The notes under the pieces are model-generated. The model made no database searches, had not been told where the DNA came from, and saw only the letters and a list, made by a program, of their open reading frames with translations. 64,000 nt of DNA from Lama glama (Eukaryota). Position numbers and translations under genes: made by a program. Positions 12,521 through 26,189 of the stretch are shown here, piece after piece (position 1 is the stretch's first letter; each line of letters begins with the position of its first letter). The stretch lies in contig CM052838.1 in the NCBI GenBank assembly GCA_028534125.1, positions 64,728,001 to 64,792,000 on the forward strand, in the 5' to 3' direction.

Positions 12521-15500
12521 CTGATGGAGCAGTGAAGTGTTTAAGTCATCCAAAAATAATCTATTCATTTAAAAGCACAGACTAAACATTGACTGTATCT
12601 TAGGCCCCTGCTAAATGCTGAGAATTCAGAGAAAATAAGTCAAGGCCACTGAGAGCAGAGAGCCCATGGCCCCAGGCGAGCAGGGAGCTCGTGGTCCAGG
12701 GTGAGCTGGAGTGTTCAGGAGGCGCTGTCCGTAGAGCAAAGCCAGGCTCTGTGAATGCTGTGAAACGTGGAGATACACGGGGTTGAACGCTGGGGATGAA
12801 GGAGGCCATGAGGGGCTGGAAAGAGGCAGGGGAGACAGACAGAGCAGGGGAGCAGGATGCTCCCAGACCCGCTTAGGAACCAGGGCCTTGTCCTGAGAGC
12901 AACGGGAGACAGAGAGGCAGATGTGATGCGATTTTAGGAGCCGGGGTGGAGGATGAACTCTGGGCACTGCGGAAGGGAAGCCAGCGGGCAGATCACACAG
13001 ACAACATCCCTTCGCAGTCCTACTTCTGAGCAGGTGAAACGTTTCTGATACAGGAACTATTTCAATAGACACGTGCTTTGCTTGGCACATCATAACACAC
13101 GGACTTTTTTAATTGACAATTTCAATCTTCAATAGTAAAAATCAAAGCTCTTTTTCATACCGTAAGCTCTTTTATTGTCAGGGTGACCCGATTCCACCTG
13201 GGGATTTTTCTCAGTCAGCTGAGAACGTGGTGAAGTGTGGACTCGTCGCAGGGGCTGGGGGGAGGGACTGCGGGAAAATGTAGGACAGAGGGGCTCCCTG
13301 TTCTTTGACAGCAGACCCTGGACCACGTGAGCATTAGGGTGGTCATGGAGAGGGGGATACGCTGACCCAATTCAGCCCGTTCATGTGGGCATCTGCCCGC
13401 CTTGGAGGGACCTGCAAACCCCAGGGGCCCCAGCTCTGTAGGGAGGGCAGGCGATTATTAAGAATCGGTGTCTCAGTAACTGAGTCCACAGGCTTGTTGA
13501 GAATTTTTGGAGTTCTAGATGTACACTAAAATATATTTAAAAAATAGTATATTATCCTTGTCTCCAGAGGACTTTACCATCCGTACGCAAGGCAAGGTGA
13601 GCGTCTCTACAAGGACTGTCATTTGTGATGATGAAACAGACGCCATCATGTTGCCTGACCATCAAGCTAATGGACACTTGAAGCTCAGAGGAGGATGGCC
13701 GTGCTTGGTGGGGGGGGCCTGGGACAGCGGCTGGAGTGGAAGGGAAGTCTGGACTGTGGAGTCTGAAACGGGGCCCTGCAGTGGGCACAGCCTTGTCTGT
13801 CAGACGGATTGTTCACAGAGAAGGACTCGGTAGCTGCCGTTCCCTTAACCACGCAACTCCCTTATGACACAAGCCCAGCCACTCTGGTCCACACAGTCAC
13901 GCTGCCAGTAAGTTCATTCCATGGGGCAGGGACTGCGACCGACACCGCCTTCTTACTGCAGGCCAATGGGCAGCCATTCTCAGCTCCCGGGGCCCCGCCG
14001 TACCCCGCCAGGGGCCCCTCCACAATAGGGCGGCTTCAGCAAAGCCAGGAGGAAACCTCTACAGGGACCCAGCCCTACAAAACAGAGTCACAGCGCCCCG
14101 GGGGCTCCCCCTCCTGTTCACAGGCCCGCCCGCTCTCGAGGGAGGGCTGGTTCAGGAGCTGAACGGGGCGGTGTGAGCAAACCTTGGGGCCACAGCAGGC
14201 CCCCGAGATGGTGCGTGTTACTGCCTCTTACTTGACCTTCACTTCCCAGGCGTGATCTCCATCCCTCCTCCCACCTGACAGGCCTCTGATTCTTTGGCAT
14301 CTTATGTGCGATTTGGTCCTTGACTCACGGAATTCTCCAGACCATTTTAGACTCTTTCCTGCCAGAGTCCAGTCCTTCCCTGCAGCCTGACTGCGCGATG
14401 TAGTGGCCCCGTCTCCCTGCTGGACCCCTTTCTACGATCTTCACGTCACCAGCCGACCATCAGCCATGTACTCCCAGGATCGTCTGAGCATCTCAGGGCG
14501 CCGCCGCTGACTCGGAGCCAGCGGCGCAGTCCACGCTGCCTGTCTTGTGGGAGAGTGTGGGTTTCTTCGATGTTCTGGGCCGTTAGGCTCCCGCGCATCC
14601 ACATTGAATCCCCGCCCGCTGAGAGTCAGGAGAGCAGGGCCTCGGGTCACACGAGCTGTGCTGGCGGTCACACCAGCTCCTTCCAGCTCCTGCAGCCTGG
14701 CCCTCCTGCCCCCAGGCTCCCCTCTGCCTCATTCTCAGGGTCTGAGTTGCACTCTGTTCGCTGCCGTTTCCACCATGGAAGACACCAGAGCTGGTCGTTT
14801 GAAACACAGGCACAGAGAAGGGGTGGGAGTGGCCGGGGTGCAGTTCCCAGACCCCACAGCTGACGCCGTGAAAGGGAAACTGTCAGCAGGTGTCAAGGCC
14901 CGGGCAGGGGTCCGAGGCCGGCGCCCGGCTGGCCGGCACGCGGGCGTCCTGCGCGGCACCGTCTGCACTACAGGTGTCCCTGCAGGAGAGATGACAGGCG
15001 CGGGGGTGCTGCAGTTCCGAGGGGAGACGCTGGCACCCTCTGAGTCACAGAGACCGGGTCTTTCCTTTTATGGCTGTTTTCAATGTTATCCCAGAAACAT
15101 AACCTTGTTTAAAAACCCCAACGCGTTTTGCCAGAACGAGCAGCAAAATGGTGACCTCACCCCCGCGGCCCTTGGGGGAGGTCGTCTCGTACCAGGGCGA
15201 ACGTCGTGGTCTCCTGACAGCTCTTCCGTCCTCCAGCATCATTCTCCCTCGACCCACAGCCCTCTCCTTCCTGAGAGCTCTTTCTCCAGCCCTGAGACTA
15301 GCGGGCCAACCGTCAGCCGGCATGCAGAGTCCTCGGTCTGGCCCCAGCTGCCTTCCCAGCTTCAGTGCGGCCGCGTCCTGTTCAGCCGCGCTCTGTTCAG
15401 CCGCGCTCTGAGCAGCTCCCTCGCTGGCCAAAGTCCCTCGATGGTGCGCACGCCCGGCGGCGGGGCACGGCCAGGGCGACCCTCTCTTGGAAGCCGCTGT

Positions 15501-18500
15501 GCGGGGACCTGTCCCCGATGAGACTGGTTCCAACCTCAGCTCCAGCTCCACAAAAACCTCTCTGGATTCCAGGAGTGGGTCTTGTGTTGCCCCTGGGGTG
15601 ACTCAACTTTAGAGAAAGGGGACCATGTACAGGAATGTGGTGTGAGAGCGTTGGTGAAGGCTAAAAAGCAAGATAATCCTGCCACTCCTGCCGGCGGGCC
15701 GTGCCCAGGGCCGTCGCCCTCGGGGTCCTGACCACCAGAAGGTGCCCTCAGGCACCCAAAGGAGACAGATGCCTTTCATCTCCAAAACCAAAGGCTGTTT
15801 GAGTATCTGCCAATCCTCGGGTCACAGAAAAGGCCAGGAGCCCATCCACCAGAGAAAAAGGAGGTGGCTGAGCCCTGAACTGTATGGCGGGGTCGTCCAT
15901 CCATGAGGGGTCTCCCAGGCCGGGCGCTGAGTCAGCACAGGGGTCCGGGCTCCCCTCTGCCCGGGGGGCGGTCGTGGCTGCTCGTGCACCTGGGATGTCT
16001 GCCTGTCTGTCTGTCTGTCTGCACCTCGTGCTCAGCTCAGCCCAGATGCAGGGCTGGGTCTTCCCGGGACCTCCGTTTGGGCTGACGTCCATGCAAACAC
16101 AAACCCGTTTCTTTAGAAGCTAATGTTCTTGACCAGCTTTGATGCTCAGACACCTGCATTTAGTCTTTGCCCCTCAGTGACTGCAAACACTGACCTGTTA
16201 CCCAGGGCAGAGCCGTTCATCCTGAGTGGGGAGTTCCCTTCTGGTTTTTACAACCAAGTGTCCAGCCCCAACCCCTGACCCAGCACCACCCACCTCCATG
16301 GGCTGCTCTCCAGCCCCTGCAGAGCCCAGATTCCACTCCCTGCAGCTGACTCTCCCCCAGGCCCTCCGCTCCTAAGCACCCCGGGCCCCACCGCCCTGAC
16401 GACGCAACTGAGGTGTGAGGAGGTGCCCAGCCAGCGCCATGCCTGTCACACCTCCTTCCTCTGCCTCCCCTCCTCCCACGCTCCCTGTGCCCGCAGGCTC
16501 AACCCCCAACAAACCCGAGTTCTTTGTAATTAGCGCTCAAGTCATCACCCTCCTTATCCCATTTCCTGGAACGCATGCTGCGTCTTCTGTTTCCGGCTTT
16601 GGAGGTCCCGACAGTTAAAGGCGGGAGCTGGACTCAGCGCAGGGGACGTGAGCAGCCGGTGCTCCCGGCTCAGTGTAGCCAGGGAGGTGGTATCATCTCT
16701 GGGATTGTCTAGAAGCAGCGTGGGATGGGGCTTGGGTACCGGCGGCACATTTGGGAGGTGATTCCAGGTGTGCTGGGAGGAGAAAAGCCAAGGGCGGTGC
16801 CTGAGCGACCAGGTGACCCCTGGGCCGCGGGGTGAGGTCCTTCGGGGAAGCTTGGAAGACGCATGTAGAACATGCTGGAACCTGCCTGCAATTTATCCCG
16901 TGATGTGGAAGTAGGGGATCGCCCCGACCCCCTTCCCTGGCTGAGTGTTGTCTTGGAGGTGTTCAACCCCCAAATTTAGGGGGGGGAGTGGTCACATGTG
17001 GAAAGTTCCCCTGAGCCCAGGTGAGCCAGGCGACCCTTGGTGAGCCCAGAAGTGACCAAGGGGCTGCTTGCTTCCCCCGAACTCTGGGGCAAGTCGACCC
17101 ACTGTCACCTCCCAGTGCTCAGTGCTTTACCAATGTTGGCACTTCCTTTTCGTATTTTGATGGATAAAATACTTCGCACTGTTATTCCACCACAGCTCAG
17201 CTAATTTGACTTCCTTTTCGCAAGAAGGATAGTTCTAACCCGGTTCTAGGAATTAGCAGTTCACGGTCCCCCCAAGGTCATCTTCACAATCAGCCCACTC
17301 CCTGCTCGCTGACAGAGAGGTGGCCACGGTGATATCTAGAGCTGAGCTGCCACACATTCAGCACACGCAGCTGACCCGGGACAGAGGAAACCAAGAGAAA
17401 GCACAAGTCAGGAGAAGAACACTGAGATTCAAAAAGTCATGAATAGTCAACACCTGCGCTTCTTACAGCCCGCGCTGGCGCAGCGCCGGCCGAGCCGGCT
17501 CTCGGGAGCTTTCAGACAGCACTAGGGGAAGGCATTGCACAAAAGGGACTTTTTCCGGAACACTCTGGTATATAGTAGACGTCAAGTGTTGACAGCGTGT
17601 AGGAAACACCCCCCCCCACCAAAAGTTCCTGCATCGACGTGACCGTGAGGGCGCTGCCTGAAACAGCACCAGCGGGACACAGACAGAACAAATGGAGAGG
17701 TGGGATTCTGAACTGACAATGATAGACTATCATGCTCTTACCAAAAATGTTTTCCCAAGTTTTATAAGAATATTTTTAAAATGCATAAAAGGGACAAAAC
17801 AGTGTTTAAATATATAAATGAGATTGAATCTTGTGACGCTGACTATGCTGAAAGAGTTGGTTCAGCCACGATCAGCCACAGGTCAGTCTTGGTTAGACTG
17901 TCTAGGAAAAATGTTTGTTCTTGATAATTCTTTAAAATCTGTTTTTAGGGGAAAAAACACTAGAAGGAATTGTACCCATTGATGGGGATGACTGTCCCTC
18001 AGGGCAGGATTTCAGGTGCCCTTTTTCTTCTTCTTGGCATTCTTTGTATTCCGTGAATTCTGTGATGAGCACGTGTTCCTTGGGTAGCACAACTTTATTT
18101 TGTTAGTGGTGTGACCATGTGTCTTGCGAGACTTTGAGGAGTTTTCATAGGAACATGAAGCAGACAAGTTCCCACGAGGCCGATCCGCTTGCTGGGGCAG
18201 ACGCTGCGGGTGTTCGGGACCCCAGGGCTGCAGCTCGGGCCCCGTCTCCGGGCCGTCTCGCCCGTGACGCCCGCACGCACGTGGGGATGCCGAGCCCCTC
18301 CCCGCGTCCTGGCCCGGGTACCGCTGTGGCTCCAGAGAGGCCATCACCCACCGGGGGGCCCTCCTGCTGTTGGGAGGAGATGCTGGGCCCAGGTGGCTGG
18401 AGGACGCCTGGCAAAGAGCCTCTGTTTCATTTGTACTAACTTTGCACCAACAGCCTCATGGTGGTCGCCCGTCTGAGCACAGAAAGGCTCGGGTGTGCGG

Positions 18501-20665
18501 TCTGTGTGGTTCTCATTCCAGCACAGACTTGGATCCAAACTCCAGGGGGCTCATCTGGCCATGGCATCGGTCTATCTCCCCAGGGCTGCCCACGGCCACG
18601 GGGCTGGCCAAGGGTCACCTGCCGAGGGCCTGACCTCAGAGGGCCTGAGTCAAGATCCAGGGTTACGGAAAAGTCTTTCCTTCCTGGCCCCCGGGAAGGC
18701 CGTCCCTACTTCCAAGGGGCATTTTGCAGAAGGAAGAGGCCCTAACAGCACGTCCCCAATGCCTTTATCTAAGCAGACAGGGGTAAATGAATAGTCTTCT
18801 GCTGGGTTTACTCTGCCCCTTACAGCCTGGGTTTTAAAAAGGCTCTCTTGTGGCTTGTACTCGTGAAAACAATACAGAAACAAAAGCTTCCACTTACAGA
18901 TTACAAAACCGCAAACCCAAAGGCCCCTTCCCCAGGCCAGAATCCCCACGGAAGGCCCTAAGCCAGGCCCTTTTAAACCACCAGGAATCCGCACAGCCTT
19001 GCTTCATTATTGCATCAGTTCAGGACTTTCCAAGCTGGAGCATTGAACAAAGGCGATGAAAAGTCGTGTTAATCACTCGGTCCACGAATCAAGCGGCCTT
19101 TCTGGGCCTCATGTTTAAGCAGCTGGAAATCTGATGGGCTTTGCTGTCAAGTCCTCGAGTGTGAGCAGCTCATAAAGGCGGCCGGTGTGCTTTACAGAGA
19201 CCCTCTCTACGGCACCAGCAGGGCACTCGGACTGGCCTTGTCTGTTCACGAGCCGCTTGCAGGCGTCTTCTGAAATCCTTGCAAGGTAGGGGTCTAGGCT
19301 CCCCCAGAAAAACTCAGAGCACTGGGGCTGGTGCCTCATGCCCCCACCTTGTTTCCACCAATTCTCACATGTCAGCACCTAAGAACCAAAGTCTGGATGG
19401 AATCACCCACTTCAATGAGGCAAGAAAATCTCATTAGTGAAACCACTCAACCGAGGCCACGGGGGTACATTCAGAGATCGACCGCGTCAACTTCGCGTCC
19501 TAGGCAGGAGAGGGTGGTGTCTCCGGCAGCCTCCCACGTAGGTTAGTCTGATGCTGTGTTGCTAAGTGGGGCCTGGTTGGTTTCCAAAACAAAGAGGGGG
19601 AGCACTTTGACATTGACGACATGAGACAGATGCTCGCACGTGTTTCTCAAAAGCTCACGCGCCATCACGTCTAGAGAAGATGGTTCGCGTCTCCCAGTGA
19701 ATTCCACTGGAGCAGACTGGTCAGACTGATTCAGGCCCTCAGAATTATAAATATGTCTGCACTGTCAGGTGGAGCGTGGCAGCCAAACTCAGGCGCATCC
19801 ATCGCGCGGGTCTCCAGGGAGGAGCCCTGTCCTGGGTGACTCTGTGGGGCAGGAATCTGCTCCATCTCATCGCGTGACTAACGCCTGAGCCCAGCCCTGC
19901 GGGCGATTCGTGGCCACAGGAGTGGAGGAGAGAGAAACAGAAAGAGCCTCTGCTCCAGGGGACACACCCCTCATCTGGGCTCCGCGGGCCCCCCCTGGAG
20001 CCAGTGCCGGGCGGGCCTGGGGGCACGTGCAGCAAGACCAGAGCCCGGGCACTGAGGGGGTCCCGGGGATCCCTGAGTGCCGAGTGGGAGCCCCGCTCCT
20101 CCAGGGGCTGCCACCCCACACGGTCACGTGGCGGCACGGAGGAGGCACAGAGCGGTGGCGTGGCGTCACGTGTCAGTCAGGTGGGGTGGGCAGGCCGGGC
20201 AGGCGGGCTCCCAGGATGGGACACAGTGTCAAGAATGGAAAGTGGGCAGAGAGGGTGGTGAGACAGCTCAGGGTGGCCGGCGGGGCTGGTGACTGGCGGT
20301 GACACTGGGTACAAGCTTCCAGGACCATAAGGCCAGTGTACTGGACACAGAACCAGCAACCCCCTTGGGTGGCAGTGACGGTGACCAAATGGGGTCAAGG
20401 CTCTGTGGGCGCTGCCCTCCCAGACGTCTGGAGAAGTGGCCGGAACCGAGGGGCAGGAACGGCCGGGAGCTCCGGCCTTTGTCCCTCGCCTCCTGCCTCT
20501 GGGGCGGGGCGCAGAGAGGGGAAGTGGCTTTGCCGGGCGTCTCTGGTGTCCCCGTGGGAGGGAGAGCGGGCACGTGGGGGCAGAGCCTCGGCGAGGGAGA
20601 GGCCAGTGCCCTTCCCATCCTCCACGCCGGGTTGTGCCGGGGCCTGGGGAGCATTCAGCCCCTCC

Positions 20666-20920
20666 ACACACACAGACACACACACACACTCCTGTACACA
20701 CAGACGCACATGTATACACACATTCACACATCACACACCACACACACCCCTCTGCGCATGTACACACACATACACACACGTGTGCCCCCTACACACTTAC
20801 ACACTCCCATGCGCACCAGCCACACACACAGCATATACATGCACATACTGGCTCCCCTCTACACACGTACATACCTCTGCACACACATCCTCACACGGAC
20901 ACGCAGACACACAGCCCACA
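20666..20920. repeat. Degenerate (CA)n/(TACA)n simple repeat, about 250 bp
   Basis: Directly visible; gives His/Thr- and Cys/Val-rich pseudo-ORFs. Confidence 0.9.
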
Positions 20921-22280
20921 CGAGGGCCTCAGCTGTTTCAGAGGCCATTCCGTCCTGCAGGAGCTGTTTATTCAAATCATCTCTACGTCTGGGAAAACAA
21001 AGAATGTCTCGTGGGGAGGGAGTCTTTTTTAAAATAAAATTTTAGCTTAATAACTGTGGTTTTTAAAATCAGGTCTTTACAAAGATGCCCTCCGCGTACA
21101 CCAGGGTGGCCCCGTGCGTGTGCGCACGGCGCTTGCTCTTGCACTCCGTGTCACCGGGCGTATCTGCGCATTTAGGTGAACGCGCTGCTCTGCAGTTCTG
21201 AGCTCACAAGGCTACTTCTCCTGCCAGGGCCTTACGCCAAGGGCTGTATTTTATTTCCGAGCGAGTCTCTGGATAGATAAAGCGACGCAGGCACTAAAAT
21301 TCACGGTGCAAAGGGAAAGTGGTCTCCCGTGAGGGTGGCTGAGATAATCTCCCTCTTGCGTCTAATTCTTAAGAGCTGGCACCACCTCCGTCCTCCCCGA
21401 AGCCCCAGGGCCTCACCGCACCAGTGCCCCAGCCCGACTCTGAGGAGCCCGGCTCGGTCCCCCTGCTCCGGGGAGACGGGTCTCCCGGGCGGCCCTCCCC
21501 TGCTGTCCTCCCGGGGCCCGAGTCTCCATTCCAGCTGCACCTGCTCGGGGAGGGGCTGCAGAACGCATCCTGGGGGGAGCTGGCTGCAGGGCGCATTTGC
21601 TTTTGAATTCCCAAGGCCATCTCCAGTCTTCATGATAATCGTCACTACACACACATTCCTATTACTGCCTTCTGCGTTCAGCCTCATTTTGTGAAGAAAT
21701 CCAAGTGGACTACACTGTTGTATCAGGTTCACTTTATACCCAAAAGCCAAAGCAGGAAAGAAAACTCACTGGCAGGAGATTCAATTATGAGAGGGTTTTT
21801 CCCCCTAAATTCAAACGAGATCCAGAAGTCAACTGCCACCAAGTCACCCTGAGGGTGTAAAGACCGCTGGGCCCGTCCACAGGTGTGGGAGCCCCTGCCC
21901 GAGCCCGGCGCCCGCGGGGCTCGTGCCTCAGGGAGGTGTGCGCCCCGGCCCCCAGCCCGGCGCCAGCAGGAATCGCATCGGCACAGACACGTGCTTCCTC
22001 TGCGCCTTCCCTGTAACCGTCCCTTCCAGGGACCCACCCCTGTTTGCTGGTCAGCGGCTTCCACGTACAGGTGGAGACAGGTGCCCTGCGATGCCACCAC
22101 GCCCTTCAGAGCCTCCTTCCCCATCAGGACAAGAAGGAGGTTCCTTTTCTTGCGCTTTGGCCTCAGATCGTTTGACCCCTGAGTGTCACCCGGCCTGATT
22201 CCATGGCCCCGTAGGGAAAGGGGCGGGTCCCTGGGCTTGGGGGACGGTCACTGAGGAGCGCCTCCACTTGTGGTCCTTAC

Positions 22281-22419
22281 CCCTCTCTCCAGAAGCATGT
22301 CTCGGAAGTGGGTCGCCCGCTCCTCCAGGGGCAGGAGGATCTGGGCGGGCGGTGGCGTCTTGGTGCCCAGGTCCTCTCTCTCCGCCTCCTCGGGCCCGGG
22401 ACTCGCGAGGCCTTCCGTC
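22281..22419 (-). CDS. TCERG1L: TCERG1L coding exon (exon 9 equivalent), 139 nt: (R)[46 protein letters not shown]; start of FF domain 1
   Basis: Acceptor tgtcccccgaag|GACGG and donor AGAGGG|gtaagg; phase 2 to phase 0. [14 protein letters not shown] is the FF-domain first helix (within ORF 22248..22478). Confidence 0.95.
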
Positions 22420-23582
22420 CTTCGGGGGACAAGACAGAGAGAGTCAGACGTGACCTTGGAGATGCAGCTGCTTGTCACTGCAACCTTTCAAAAGGCTCCA
22501 GGTGACCCTGTCAAAAGCAAAGACCCTTTGAACACTTTGGGAAGCCTGGTGCTGTCGGCCCAGCGAGGCCGAGACTTGGCCTCAAACGGCTTTGCTGTGT
22601 TTGGGGCAGAAAGTCGAGACGGAAGCCCCGTGCGAGGAGCGGCAGCCGGAGGGAAGGCAGCAGGGCCCCCAGGCGGGAGGCTGAGAGGCCCCCGCGCCAG
22701 GGAATCGCCGCTCCAGGCTGTCGCCGCCGGGGAACAGAGCCAGCCTTCCTCTGAACAAGTCGCTGAAGCTAACCCCCGGTTCGCTGGGGTTTTTAGAGAG
22801 GCCTTTATCTGGGACAAATGCACGGAAGACGGTCCTGGGGAGACTGTTCTCTCGGCACCCAGGGTACAGAAAACAGAACCTGTTGTCCTGAGGTCCAACC
22901 CGAAAGGGAGATTCCAGCGGCAGCAGGGGGATGGGCCCCAGCCCGGGCAGCCGGCCCAGGATGGGCAGGGCTGGGCCACCGGGACCCGCAGGCTGTCCCC
23001 GCGGTGGGAAGGAAGGGGAGAGGCCGCTTTCATGAAGCACCAGCTCTGTGACTTGCGTGCTTTCTCTACCTGGCCATTTGAAAGACCTCCTCACATCGCG
23101 GCATCTTATTCTGGAAGCATCTGAAAGCCTCCTTCTAAAACACCTTGACATTTGCTGCTGGAAGAAAGCATGTGGCCAAATGCAGATACAGTAGCTGCCA
23201 CGCCTGGCCCCCCCGGTCCCTGATCTGCCCTGCTCGGGAGCGGGGTCCCCCCAGTCGCCAACCCCGTCTCCTCTCACGCAGCCCACCCTCAGCCGTGGTG
23301 CGCAGACTCGACCACGCTGGCCTGGAGAGCAGCCTGCCTCTCACGCAGACCCCCTGCGGGCCTCCTGCCCGCCCAGCCCTGCCCCCACCCCGGGCCAGGG
23401 CCCGCGGCAGTGATGCCAGGCGGCAGGTGGCTTAGTACCTCCTGCGGACCCGACAGCAGGGAGCACGCACTTGAGGAGTCTGGCCTTTCCCTGCTTCTTT
23501 GCACAGCCAGCCTCACCCCGGGAACTGCAGGGCTGAAGTCACTCAGGCCACGCGTGCCCAGTTTCCTGATGCAGGTCGAGAT

Positions 23583-23727
23583 CAGGGCTCTCGCCCGGGT
23601 GACTTGCTCCTCGGGGACTCCGGCAGTGTCTGGGGACAGTTGTGATTGTCACTGCTGGGGCAGCACTCCCAGCACACAGGAACAGAGTCCAAGGGTGCCG
23701 CTAAACACCCTGCAGTGCACAGGACGA
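23583..23727 (+). mobile_element. MER20 (hAT-Charlie DNA transposon) fragment
   Basis: ggcagtgtctggggacagttgtgattgtcac...gggtgccgctaaacaccctgcagtgcacaggac matches the recalled MER20 core. Confidence 0.8.
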
Positions 23728-25358
23728 GCGGGGCACGTCTACACCCCCACATGTGGGGAGGGGACGGACTGCTCAAGGTCACACAGTCGCTCGGCAGCCC
23801 GACCAGGGCCGCCCCACCTCCCAACACCCGCCAGACCCATGGCTGTCCCACCCCTGCCGGTCCAGGGTGCTGCGGAAATACATCAGTTACCAATCTGGGG
23901 ACGTGCTGAGAATATACCAGGTTCTATTTCTAACAAGGGTTTTCACGCATCAGGGTTATAATATGGATTAATTCAACCTCATACGAAACATGCAAAGAAA
24001 AAAATCTGTTTGCTCAGCCCATTAGGGAATCTTATTTATAGACCAACTATTTCAGGAGAACTTACATTCTTTGCTTCTTAGGCGATTATGTGGACTTTTG
24101 AAAAAAGAAAATTACCAGTGGATTCACAATTGTATCACATTCCGAAGGGTGTAATTAGGGTTCCTTTGTAATAAATTTTCATTAGTTAAAAATAGACATG
24201 TGGAAGCAAGGCTTGCATTGTTGTAACTTGAAATAAGACTAATAGGAACATTGTGGATTCAGCGATGATCACATATTACAGCTTATTCAACAAAATACTC
24301 TGTTTTGAACCCCTGGACGCCTTCCAGACAGCAAAGTGATCGGTTCCATTAGGATCAATCAAAAGCAAAGGCAAGCTCGCTAAATATATTTTTAATATTC
24401 TTATGGCTAAATACTTTGGGGACAAAAATTAAATTCTAATATTTAAAACGAACAAAAATTAGTTCAAGCCAAAATTGTACCGAGGGTGAGAGGCAGCGTC
24501 CCAAGGGCACCGTGGGAACCCGGGTGGGGACGACCTTGTGTCTCGGGAGGGTCCTGCCGTGTGGCTGCGGCCTCGCTAGGTTGACATACTGCACTGGGAC
24601 ATTTTACAGGTCAAGTTTAGGCTGGAAGTGGCTTGGTCTTGTCCAGCCCTTCCTCTGCAGAGCTGGGGTCTTTACTGCGAGGAGTGGCATGCATGGCCCC
24701 GGCCGCCTGTCCCCACTATGGAGACGTCACGCTGGCCATGCCTTCCTCGGAGCCCTGCTGCCCGCTCTGCCCCTCCCCTCATCCCTCCAGGTGCCACTGT
24801 GCCCGTCCAGCTGAGCCGCTGACAGGCGTGCGTGTGCACATGAGCGTGTCTGTCGTGGTGGTAATCCACAATGCCAGGGTTTTCTGACTCTGCCCCTGTG
24901 CACAGGACAGCTCATTATTTCGCAGAAGTCAGTGCAATTAGATTTTAGACACAGCAAGTCCTTTTATGGACAACAAACTTTAATTAGCTTATCTGGGGCA
25001 GAAGGAACTCGGGCCACTGGCCCTGGCACATCCGTGTGCCCAGAGGTCACCTCTCAGACTCACAGACACGCCTCTTTCCGCCTCCAGAATCTTCCGGTGG
25101 AGCCATCCTGAGGTCGGAATGGTCGCCCTGGCAGAGGAATTACAGCTGCTGAACAGCTGCCTGTTACAGTTCAAAGGAAAGTGGCTTTTTATTGTCTTGT
25201 CTATGAAGGGAGGGGAGGCTGGGTGGGGGAGAGCGAGAGCGAGAGCGAGAGAGGTTGGGAGTGATTCAGAAAACTGCGCGGACTTTACAGCAGGCGCACC
25301 CCGGGAGGAGCATTTCTCAGCAAATCTGAGACCCCTCACGTTGACTCGAGTCTCACTA

Positions 25359-26189
25359 CCGCTGCCCCCGTAGCCCTGGGGAACGCGTTCCAAGACCCCC
25401 AGCAGACGCCTGACGCCTTGGCTAGTGCAGGACCTTAGAGATACAGAGGTAGATACAGATACAGGTTTCCCTACGCAGCCACGCCTATGACAAACTGTAA
25501 TTTATGAATCAGGCACGACAAGAGTTTAACAACAAAAACCAACAACAAAAGAGGACAATTACAACAATGTGCTGCAATAAAACTTATGTGAATGTGGTCT
25601 CTCGCTCTCAAAATATCTTACTATGTAAATGCAATAGCTTTTGCATCTTAACTCAGCCCTCAGCACGCACTGCGGCCACAGCTCTGGCGGCAGGGCTGTG
25701 AGGGCAGCAAAACCAGCACAGAGCTCTTCCTCCTGCACAACTGCGTGGACAGAAGACCCCACCTTACCCTCGATCTAGCAACTTCAGATTCAGTCACTTT
25801 TCTTTTTCAGTCGGGGACGTTCACTTAAAAGAAGCGTGGTGTGGATTCTCTTTGGTAGCTCCAAATTGCTGGCATTGCTACTCTTTGCTTTGGGACCACT
25901 AAGTAAAACCAGGGTCACTGGGACACAAGCACTTGACACTGAGAATGTGGACGTGACACCCTCGGTGGCTAAGGGACCAGCGGGCGGGACACAGTGGGGT
26001 GATTTGCGATCTGGGCGGGACGGCGCTGATGGTGCGAGATTTCATCTCGCTGCTCAGAACAGCACACAATTTGAAACACACGGATTGTTTATTTCAGGAA
26101 TTTTCCATTGAATATGTTTAGCCCTGGTTCGACCGCAGATGACGTGAAACTGCCGAAAGGGGATGCTCAGATAAGGGGGGGCGACCGCG
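25359..26189 (+). mobile_element. MER44/Tigger7-family non-autonomous DNA transposon, near full length
   Basis: 5' gttccaagacccccagcagacgcctga; internal aataaaacttatgtgaatgtggtctctcgctctcaaaatatctta; 3' gataagggggggcgacc. Flanked by TA on both sides. Confidence 0.85.

Noticed and set aside
15376-15410. 15-bp tandem duplication (ctgttcagccgcgct), and an 18-bp one near 4805-4836
   Set aside because: Ordinary slippage duplications.
22270-23124. 284-aa ORF antisense to exon 9
   Set aside because: Shadow ORF of a GC-rich exon and its flank; no independent evidence.
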